From Amoebophrya sp. A120 (taxonomy: Eukaryota > Protista > Dinoflagellata): 64,000 nucleotides of DNA. Positions 51,563 through 62,700 of this stretch are shown one piece after another (within the stretch, counting starts at the first letter, position 1; the number at the start of each line of letters is the position of its first letter). The DNA lies in the NCBI GenBank assembly GCA_905178155.1, contig CAJINV010000002.1, forward strand, positions 2,698,226 to 2,762,225, read 5' to 3'. The position numbers and the translations under genes are program-made. Below the pieces are notes generated by a model. The model was not told where the DNA came from. It saw only the letters and a program-made list of their open reading frames with translations, and ran no database searches.

Positions 51563-52714
51563 CCAACTCCAGTTCTGGTAGCTGACACCTGTCTTCAAAA
51601 TCAAACCAAGCTACGAAGTCGACGTCCTCGAGAGTGTTTTGTATTGTTCATCCACAGGCAAATACTAAGTTTTCTTTTTACGTAGTTTGTTCTAGTTCTT
51701 AAGCACATGCAGATAGATGTCGAGTTCTTGAATGTTCATCTCTGAATTTACGTTTCTTTTTGCCCACGCACTTTTTTTTTTCTTCATCCCCCACTTGCAT
51801 TTACTACAGCTCCATTCTTCGCACGAAAAAAGCCCTACTTCTCTCGTTTATCTTTTAAAAGGAAATCTTCTGAATTGCTATTCCCCAGAATGATTATATC
51901 AATCCATGAGTGTAGCCCCCGAGCGACAACAGTTTCGTTTTCTCCTGATGTGTGGCCCTGGTTATTACTTCGCGTTCGCGCTTGGGAGGACGTTTCAATT
52001 GTTCTCGGAGGATTATTTCGACTTCCCCGAGCCGCGTTTTGTAGTAACTGGGCCTAACATGATGCTGTGGGTAAGGAACGAAGCTTATCCCGACCATATT
52101 CAACGAGGAGCGAGCGAACGTCTCCTCCCTAGTTAGTTAGTAGCCCTTGTTCGCCCCCTACTCGAGATAGCCTCTTCTTTTTTTATCGTTTGTCATTACA
52201 TATTTTCAAAATCTTTAATTTCGTAATTATAAATGCAACTTTTCGAGCGTGCCCTAAAGCTAAAGCTAAAGCCACCTGCAAGAACCCCACAAAACCCAAG
52301 TTTTCGACCACAACCTGAAAAAACATCTCTAACAAGAATCCCTGGAGAACATGCCTATCCTAATCACCCTAGATAATTTTGCAAGTTTTCAGCCCTAATA
52401 AATCTTTTTTCGGCAACAGTAATTTAGCGCTTCCATTCTCCTAACGTAACCCCACAACCTAGTAACCCTAGTCACTCATCCCTAGTAGCCCTAAGCTCAC
52501 CTTCCCGTAGAAAATGACGCCGAACTGAAGTAGCAGTAAACCGCTGGAGAGTACAAGTATGTTGGCACAGCAACAAAGGAGGAGTTGTTCCGATACGAAA
52601 AGGTAGGAGCAGTAGATGAACTACCGCTAGAACGCACGAAAAGAAATAGTCTTACAGCGTTGTTGATTTGTAGTTCGGTGCGAATCTCAATCTACTACTA
52701 CTTGTACTTTATCA

Positions 52715-53260
52715 AGATCAACACAAGAAAGAACACCAAGTGGTGCGAACAGGAAAACCCAACAACCCGCCCATTATTTTTCCCCCCTCCAAATGGAACT
52801 AAAAATTCCCAAAGAGAAAATATTCAAAACCATTTTTCTCGTCCACCACAACGCCACGACAGATGAACAGAACCGTGTGGGCGGACGAGGACGGAAGGAT
52901 GTGATGACGTACCTGCAGCATCCTTCTGTCCATACTATCGAGTTCGTATGAATGTGAATCCTGTTTGTCGGTAAAAAAGCTGCGATAACTCAAAGTTTTG
53001 TAATGAAAACCGCGCAAAAATAAACAGAAGTCCTCGAGAGGAATCAACGAGTCAGTCTACTGTGTCACGTTGTGTCGGGCGAGTCTGTGTCATTTTTATC
53101 GAAGCCAGTGCATGTAGTCACGATCTAAGCGAGCCTGTTGCCATCGTCTAAAAAAGCGAGTCTGGGGCCATCCTGGTGGTCGAGTCTGTGTCCAGCTTGT
53201 GGTCGACGAGTCTGTCGCATGTAAAAATCTCTTGTCTGTGGTCCCTGTCGGATGATTTCA
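52715..53260. repeat. Duplicated non-coding segment (second copy ~55757-56260)
   Basis: aagaacaccaagtggtgcgaacagg ... tgtctgtggtccct shared; multiple cgagtctgt units. Confidence 0.8.
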
Positions 53261-53359
53261 TGGATCGTCCCTGTCGACGAGCACGTCTTAATGGAGCAAA
53301 CAAACACATGACCTCTCCTTCCTCGTAGGACGTCGTTCTTATCGTGCGCATTATCGTGC

Positions 53360-53617
53360 TATGCATTGCAAATATGTCTGGGTCTGGAAGCTTGTGGTGC
53401 TGGGTGACGTATTATCAGGAGGCCACAACTGCTGGCTCAGCATGACAAGTTTCTGAGCTTTTAGGTGTTGCCTGATCTGCATGACAAACTGCTTTTCTGC
53501 ATGACAGAAAAATGGGGCTCTAGGGTAATGCGCATGACAGATTTAAGAGTCCTGCTCCTGCCAGACAAGCATCACAAACATGCACTCTTCCAGACCCAGA
53601 CACTTTTACATTTGATA
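53360..53617. mobile_element. Introner type A outside any confident gene
   Basis: DR cgtgc. Confidence 0.9.
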
Positions 53618-54425
53618 CGTGCCCTTCATCGTTCTCCCGACAGTACTTAGAGCTCTCGTTTTTGTTTCCGTTCGTCCACAGATTACCACTCTACTACTCT
53701 GTCGTGCTTCTTTTATTTCGTCGTGATGTGTATAATTTGTGCGGTTTCTACTATTCTCGTCAATTATACGAACAGTACTTAGTTCAACATCTTCCCAAGC
53801 TGCAATGGAAAGCATTTATCAGTCTTTTCGTTTTCCTCTGCTTGTTGTTGGCACGAACGTGGTGTGATAGATGCAGCAGTCTTTCGTTATTTCTCATCAA
53901 ACTCAACAGGAAGGCGGTACGTACAGGAACTGCAGAGTAGTTAGTTTTTCCCTCGAATATTTTGAGCATTAAAGAAAAAAGCTTAAGTCTCGTGCAGCTT
54001 CGGACCGCTTCGAGAAGACCAAAATAGAAATAGCATTTGATTGCTGTGTAGTTCTGCAATACAAGTATACTCAAGCAAGACGAAAATGACGGATCTGGCG
54101 GTCGATTCCGTGGCCGGAGGTTCGACGTGCAAAGGATCGGAGGCGATGAGCTTGTACATTGTTTTTTCAACTTGCTGGTGGATAAAGTGCGCGACGTTTT
54201 TTACCTTATTTCGCTACAATAAATATCCGGTTTACTGCTGCGACACGATAATACTCGTTCTTACTGGTGCCTTGGATGCAAACTGTTCATCAAGAAGATA
54301 TCTTCTTAGCAGTGCCACGCGGTCGTGAATGACAGACAATAAAAATCGGAAAAAAAATCTCCTGCAGGTTGGCCGCGAAGCAGCAGGAGTCGCAGCGTTT
54401 GGTGAATGTCGATGCGTACGGGACC

Positions 54426-55617
54426 ATGTCCTCTCCCGCTGACGCCAAGCATAAACCGGCGAAAAAGACTCTGGCTGCCGGCAAGATGGCCGGAGACTCC
54501 GACACTACCGCGATCAAAACGTTATTGCGTCAGCTTCTTTCTCGTGTCCTGCTCTTCGTCCTGGTGACCGCCACCGCCGGGTTGGGTTTGCGCGTTCTGT
54601 TGCTGGTGTCGGCCGGTGAACGGGTCGGTTCTTGGGCGGCGTTCTTTCGTCCGTTGGGTGCGGGCCACGAGGCTGGTGTCGCGAACGGAGCGAGTGGGGT
54701 GTCATCCTTCTCGCAAGTGGGCGCAGGCAGTGTTGTGAAGCCGAATATAATTCTTGATGAGGAGCCCTGCATGCATCAGGGAACCAAAGAAGCGTGCGAA
54801 TCCTATATGTCCATGTACAAACGCCCGTGCACTTGGTTTTCGTCGGAGCCGGGGTTCCGTCATTCGCATAACCGGTGGGAGCAGTCGCATTGTTTTCCGG
54901 TAGAAGCAGCTGCCAATGCCCGTGCTTTCGCCATGGCGGACGAAGATGCAAAGTGGGAGAAAAGTCAGAAGGAAAAAATGTACCATCACGTGGAGCGTTT
55001 GCCTGCTCCTCGTCCGCGACAAACCAGGACCGCGAAAGACCAGGACCTCGACGTACAAGCACCTCCGCGATCCGACTGCGCGAAGTACGGCCCCGACCCG
55101 GGTTATGGAAGCGTCAGGATTGAAATCCTCAAAGTTGAAATAATTTCTCATGCAGAAATTGCAAGGCATGAAGTGCCTCTCTTGCAGGGATTGCAAATGA
55201 GGCCGATTGTAAGCCTGTTTCGGGTTTGGAATAGAGCTGCTAAAGTAGCATGACAAAAGGCGCCTTCTGACCCTAAACAGCATGACAAACTGGCTTTAGA
55301 CGGTGCCGAAATTTGTCATGCGCCGCTGGGAAATTGGGCTTCCAGCTGGTATCGATTTTATGCATTACAAATAATTTCAACTTTGACGATTTCAATCCTG
55401 ACACTCCCATACGGGTCGTGGGGCTGATGGCTGCCCGGGAAATGATGACGGTCGGTGCACGCAGGACGACTGTCGTCAGCAGCAAGGCTGCGTGAGTCCG
55501 TACGCAGGGAGGTGCACGGCCGCTGATGGGACCAATGTACCGTGCGAGTGGCATTGTGTGGCTGAAAATCCATTCCCCGGCTTAGTTGATGATGCTTTAG
55601 AAGTTTTTGATGTTTAG
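54426..55617 (+). CDS. Signal-anchor/secreted Cys-rich protein (paralogue 2; one introner 55104-55411)
   Basis: Same N-terminal cassette as 50858; splicing joins ...GPDPG to RGADGCPGNDDGRCTQDDC...CEWHC...FDV*; 12 Cys. Confidence 0.7.
55104..55411. mobile_element. Introner type H
   Basis: DR cgggt; related to 35135-35440. Confidence 0.9.
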
Positions 55618-56750
55618 AAAACGTTTTTGATGTGCAGCCATCTATGAACTTTTTGATGACGATAGTGCAGCCAGGGAGGAGCGGAACAACCACTACTTCC
55701 ACGTACTCTAGTAGCGTTCTATACGTGTAGTTCGGCACCACGAGTCATCAAATGCAAATCAACAAGAACACCAAGTGGTGCGAACAGGTGGAAATAAAGC
55801 CAACAACTCGGACATTATTTTTCCCCTTCAAATAGAAAAAGTCGAAAGCACTGCTCTCGTCCACCACAGTACCACTACAGGTAAAGAGAACAGTGGACAG
55901 ACGAGGATTGAAGGATGTGATGACGTACCTGCAGGACGAACATCCTTCTGTCTAATATAATCGAGTTCGCATGAATGTGAATCCTGCTTGTCGGTAAAAA
56001 AGTCGCGAGAACTCAGAATTTACCGTCGAAAAAGTACTCGAGAAACAGCGAGTCATTCTAGTACCGTGTTACCTTGCGCTGGGCGAGTCTGTGTCATTAT
56101 GGAAACCAGTCTATGTGGTCACGATCTAAGCGAGCCTGTTGTCACCGGCTAAAAAAGCGAGTCTGTGTCCAGCTTATGGTCGAGTCTGTGTCCTTGTGGT
56201 CGAGTCTGTCAATTGTAAAAAAATCATGTCTGTGGTCCCTCTCGGATGTTGATTCCGTGGAAGTCTGTCAAACAAAAATCTCCAAGTCAGCCAGGTGTAT
56301 CAATGAAAGCCGAGCAGTCAGAGCGGTGAGAATAACTGCAATGCTGTCGCTTGATGTAGTAGGCTTACGCTTAGGTGGTCAGGAGGTCGTGTCTTGCGTT
56401 TTAACGAGAAATTCTTTTTTTGTGGATTCTGAATTATCAGGACACCACTCAATACCATTTTAGCATTGATGGCACTACCCATTTTTAGAAATTCAAGTTC
56501 TTCTTATTTCGCGCGTAGGATTTTAATATTTGTGTCGTCCTCGCTACCCAACTATATCTAGTAAAAATGTGAAAACGTCGTACCGCTGTTCGTGTACTAT
56601 GAAATAATGTACCAATTGTTCATCCCCTTTCCTGTATGAAATATTTTGTTCCACTTCTACCCCTTTTGCTTTTGCCCACATCATGTTGCGAAGTTGACAA
56701 TTTACCCCCAAATTCCTGTACTACAAGTACTACATTGCTATTTTACGACT

Positions 56751-59700
56751 ATGGGTGCCAAAGTTTCGACCGGCGAGCGCAAAGCGCACGACCGCGGTTA
56801 TCCTGAGCGAAAACGTCCAGAGAAGTTGTCATGCTAAATAACGGCGCGCCACCTAAAATCAATGTCTCTCATGCGCAACCTCACGACAAGCATTTTCCAA
56901 TGCTGTCTGGCAGCTTATCATGCGACAATCAGGATCAGATGATCGATTATTTGCAATGGAAGCAACTTTTGTTGCTTTGTGATTGTGTAGCGAAATCCAC
57001 ATCTTGACTATGGGGTGGGGACATTTTTGCTCAGGATAGTGGTCGTGCGATCGCGCCGATGAAAAGCCCGAAGGGGGTCAACCTGGCGATATCAAAAGGA
57101 AAAATCCCCCTTCCCCATATCAAAACGGAACTTCTGATGCTGGATTTGTGTACACAAATGGGCTTTGTGTTGCAGGAAGGCATTGCGGCCACATACTCAG
57201 CTGAGACAGAGGCGTCTGGGTCTAGTTGTTCAGCATGGCAAACAGTTCCCCTGTAGGCCAAACAGCATGACAAACGGCTCCCATAATGGGCCGAAAGCTT
57301 CTGCCCTTGTCTTCTTGCAGCACAAATGTGATTTGTGACCTCAAATCAGCAACACAAATTTCCGGAAACATACCTTTTCAATATGGGGAGGGGGGATTTT
57401 TCCTCTCAATAGGCCACTTTATGCACGGCGAACACGTCTGGGTCGGGAAGATTTGAAGATTTGGCATGCGGGTCGGACATGACTCTGAGTTCTGTAATGC
57501 ATGGGGACGATGAGACTTGTTTGCAAATACTACGCAGTCTGCCATGCAGAATACGCAACAGATAGCAGCCGGAGAAACTTGCCATGCTGGGCTGTGTGTT
57601 GCGGTGTTTACCAATCATTGACAGCCTCGCACTACAACTTTCCAGACCCTCGAGACATGTTTGCAGGTGATAGACTTCCATGCTAGACGACGACAAGAAC
57701 GACACTACTGCGGGCGCTGCTGTATTAAAAACTGCGCCCCCACTATCGTATGAAAAAAGTGTTTCACTGTAAGGATTTTGCAAGTTTTGCATCACAAGTT
57801 TGTTCTATATCACAGAGAAAATTTGCCATGCGAGATTCCTAACGGAAAACACAGCTAAAAATCCACTGTCTTGCATGTGCAGCAAAGCAAATATTTCTCA
57901 GATGCATTTTCCGCATTACAAGTTTACAGTGAAACAGTTTTTTTTTGCGATACCCACCATTGGAGCCAGGACACGTTCTGAACAAGCCGGTCGAGTTGAC
58001 CGCTGGTGGCGTGAAGACAAAGCAGCAGCCACAACCGGACAGCGCGAGTAAGCAGACTAACAGCACGGCTAGCACGGCATCTTCCCCGCACGTGATAGAG
58101 GATTTTTCGGTGTCAGCTGCCTCGGGACCACACGAGCAGGAGGGAGCTGCAACCGCACCAAATAAAACAAAAATAGGAACCAAAGTAGAACCCACGAAGA
58201 CGATGACCTCCACCCGACCCGTGAACATCGGCCCGAGAAAAGACAGGTACGAAATTTCTCCCAACGAACAGACGCAGCTAACTTACGCGGAGTTAGAGGT
58301 ATCCAGGGAAAAAAGATTGTAGGTGTAACTTTCTTGGAGGATTAGCATGACAAATATCTCTCGCATGACAGCAAGAACCTGTCGTGCGCAGATAGTACGG
58401 GAAAACGCCGTTGAATGGACCCTACAATGCAGGCGCAGCATGACAGGCGCAATCGATTTGCATGTTGCGCATCACAAATTTACACTAACAACCTTTTTTT
58501 CTCGGATAGGAGGACAAAAACGCCGATTATGACCCGAACGACCCGCAGGCGGAGAGCTATGCAAGAAAAAAACTGTGTAAGTAAGTGTAAATTTGTGTTG
58601 CAGAGGATGCAAGACATCTTCTACACTTGTCGTGCTGGACATGCGTCAGAAACCCTTCTCCTAAGGGTTTTGCCGTGCTACCCACGCATGAGAAAATTTT
58701 TCTGTCTTGCAGAGCAAATTTCTGATGCTGTTCCTCCAAGAAAGTTTACACTTCCACACTTTTTTTCCTGGATAGGAGCAGGAGGAAGTTTAAAAAAGAC
58801 CGGTCCATGCTGTCACAAACCTACTCGGTCGTGAAAAATCCGGGGTTAGTGTCCGAAGAGCAGAAAGACGTCGTGAAACAGAAAGTTGTATCCCTTGTAG
58901 AAGTATCGTAGCCGTATAATTTGCTGTAATTGCATTTCAGCATGACAGTACAGTAGAACGTCTTCCTTTATTGTTCCCTGGCTGCATGTGCATCACACAC
59001 TGACTCGTTTTTTTCATCTCGCACCAACATTTTAATGCAATCTTTGCAAAAACAAAATCTGCAATTTATGCTGCTAGTACGATGCTTGGGTTGCAATTGA
59101 TAAGTTGAAGAGTACGAGCAGGTGGAGAAGTTCCTGGCGAAAAAGGCGGGAAAATCGCTCGCGGAGCTGGATGGGTATGAATATGATAGTTGCGTCGCAC
59201 TTTTATTCTACCCACCTATGGGTCGTCCTTGTTTGTGCATGACAGACCCGGCTGCGCTTCTTGAAGTTGATTTTCGCATCGGAGATTTTATTTTCGAGTC
59301 AATTATCTTATGCGGAAGCGGATAGAATTGAAAACCTCCAAGCAATAAACAACCACTATCAGGCGTCAACCATATGCCGGCTCGCCTGACAAGTCTAGCG
59401 ACGGAACAAATTCACCGTCTCCACTGAAACCGAACAAGTTCGGCTCCCAGCCTGTGCCACCGACGCATATACATTGCAAAAGTATCATATTCACACTAGT
59501 AATAGCTGCAGTCCAAATCAGCATTACAAATTGCATTTCTTCTCTTAGAGAACAAAAATTTGTGTTGGAATTCTACTAGCCTACGATTATACTTTTGCAA
59601 TTCATAGCGCAACTGGAGCAGCAGTTTCGGGAACGAGTGCTGATCGAGGACCAACTATGGATTGAAATAGTATGTCTGGGTCTGGAAAGAAGTTGTGATG

Positions 59701-62700
59701 CTAAAAGTGAACAACAGATGAAGCACTGCAATACGTGGCCAAGCATGACAAGTTTATTTTGGGCTGCTCTGTACTCATTGCGTTTTCCGCATGGCAAGCT
59801 GTAGCTGCGTTTTTGCATGACAGGTACTAGAAGTACTGGGCAGACCCTTTCAACAACATCGGATGCTGATCTGCATTACAGAGTCCTCTCGAGTCATGTC
59901 CGACATGCGTGACAAATCTAGCGAAAATCTGCGTTCCATACCTCGTCCCAGACATATCGTGTTTGCATTGGATACTAGCAGAAAAAGCACAAGATGCTGG
60001 AAGCCCGGCTAAAAGCGGAGCAGGTTGCACAGGAGCAGAAAGATAGCATCAAGCAACAATTATCAACTGCAAAAATGTCTGGGTCTGGAAACTTGTGATG
60101 CTAAAGTGTGAATGATGGAAGCAATTCCGAATGCAGCCAAGCATGACAACTTTCCAGAACGCTTTCTGATGCACAGCCCGCATGAGAAACTGCGTTTTCG
60201 TCTAGACAAAAGAGGCTGCGGATTTTGGTGGTCATGCAATACAAATTTTACAGGAATGTGAGAGCTGCATTACAAGTTCCACTCTTCCAGACCCAGACAT
60301 ATTTGCAATCCATAACAATGGCTGGAGAACCATTGGAAGAATGTGAATTTGCCAGAGGAATTGATTTATGCAATGCAAAAGCATCGTTAAGCATCGTACT
60401 CAGTAGTAGAAATCGCATTACAAATTATCTCAGCATTGGAAATGGAATTTGTAATGCGGATTTACGTTATTAAAATGGATGTGTAATGCATGACAATGAC
60501 TGCGATTACTACGGGTACGTGTGCGATACTTTTGCACAGGATATAATTGAAGGCAACGAGCCTCTGATAAAACTGTTCACGAAAGAAGACAACGAGGACC
60601 TAGACGCTATGAGGGTCTCAAATGTTACATTCTCAACTGTTACATGAATTTGTCATGCAAAAACACCATCATCAATTATCCACGAGACCAAGCTGCTTCG
60701 CATGACAAACTTGCCTAGGGCTCAACAGCGCCTAAATCGGTGCGCAATTTGTAATGCTACAGGCGCAATCTCCCCCCTTTCACTTTTCCCATTCTTGCAT
60801 CGCAAACCCATGTAACAGCTGAGAATGTAACAGTTGAGAACGCCATAGACGCCGGCATTTACGAGGACGAGGATTTGTCACCACGACAACGGTATCAACT
60901 AAAAATGTCTGGGTCTGTTTGTCATGCTTGTCTGGCATGACTCTTAAATCTGTCATGCACGTTACCCAAGAGCTCCGCTTTTCTGTGATGCAGAAGCGCC
61001 GTTTGTCATGCAGAATAGGCAACACCTAGGAGCTCAGAAACTTGTCATGCTGAGCCACCATTTGTAGCCTCATCATGAGACGCTACCCAGCATCTCAAGT
61101 TCCCAGACCCAGACATTTTTACTTTTGATAAAGGGAAAATAAAACCAAAACCAAAAACCAACCTCCACATTGACGCTGATGAGCCATCTCCCCAGTCGAA
61201 AGTGCCCTCAGCGGACGACATTTTGAACAAGGTTTACGCCAAAAAAAGCCCGAAGAACCAACCGAATAGTAAAACCAGCACAAGCGCAAAGCAGAGGGTT
61301 ATGAACAACAAGCGGCGCCCGCTTGATCCGGGCACTGATAGTTCTGAGGACAAGTCAGACTCCGAAACTGAGGAACCGACTTTGAATTTGGAAAAGTCAG
61401 GAGCGTTGCGAACAAATCTCGCCGCGCCGCCCCCTCTGCCGTCGTTCCCGCAGACCATTGGGAATAAGGAGGCGAAGATATCGTAAGGAAAATCCCCCCT
61501 CCCATATTAACAAGGTGCGTTTTCGAAAATCTGTGTTGCTGATTTGTGACCACAAATGGTCGCTGTGTTGCATGAAGGCAACCCCACAGGCTCCGCCGCA
61601 TTCTACAGGCGGTTTGTCATGCTCTTGCTCCTACGGCGTAAACGTCTGGCATGCTAAGCGCCTAGGCCAAAGCCTCACCACTCGGACTAGATACGTGTCT
61701 GCAGTCCTCTCCAGCAAGACAAACCTGATTTGTGTACACAAATCCAGCAACAGAAGTTTCCATTTCAATATGGGGAGGGGGGATTTTTCCTTTTGATAGA
61801 AGACACTTCGAACGGTGTACAACACGGGGCAGGTCGGTATGGGATTCTCAAACGTTACATTCTCAACTGTTACATGATTTGTCATGCAAAACTACCATGA
61901 GCCGCCAGACAATCAAGCCGCCTCGCATGACAAATCCCCGAAGGGCTAAACAGCACCTAAATCTGTGCCGGATTTGTGATGCGAGAGTTGCAAGCTTGCC
62001 CCTTTCACTGTTGCGGTTCTGACCCTATGCCGCTCCAGCGCCTGCGGAGGCTTGCCTCCCCAGCGATAATGGACAATGGCAATGTCGGTGCGGTTGTTTT
62101 AGCATCACAAATTCATGTAACAGTTGAGAATGTAACGTTTGAGAACGCCATAGTCGGCGGTGCGCAGAACATGCAGGGAGGTGGAGCTGCGCCAACCGCC
62201 GCTAATGTGACAACAGGAGCGCCTTCCTCTGGAAACAGCGCGAATTACCAGGGTTTCCCGCAGTTCGCATCCGCTGCAAGGAAATCCGAAGCGCCCTCAT
62301 CGTCGATTCTGCGGCAAAAAGCAGTCGACTCTACTGCGTCACCGGATGGTGCACGGACGACAAAGGCGCGAAGCCCGAGTGGAAAAAAGAAAGAGAAGGA
62401 CGGATCGTCGAAAGCGGACCCGAGCAAGCGCGTTTCCTTTGATGAGTCGAATAACGAGGAATTTTCCCCCGCTTCCTCCGTTTACAACCGAACGAGGAAC
62501 GCCCGAGCCGGACGGTTTGGCACCGGGGGAGACATTTTGTCGCCTGAGAAGAATAAACTACAGCAACAGATGAGAGGATCATTTTCTGAAAGCGGTGCTG
62601 CTGATGGGGCAGCTTCTAGTACTACAACCGGGACGTCGAATATGGAGAGAAAAAAGTTTGTCACAGTCACTAACTTGCAGGCTTTGCATTACAAATTTTC

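Noticed and set aside
59176-59374. Additional TAT...ATA introner family
   Set aside because: No 5-bp DR or clear TIR; a GT-AG intron 59175-59362 restores the frame
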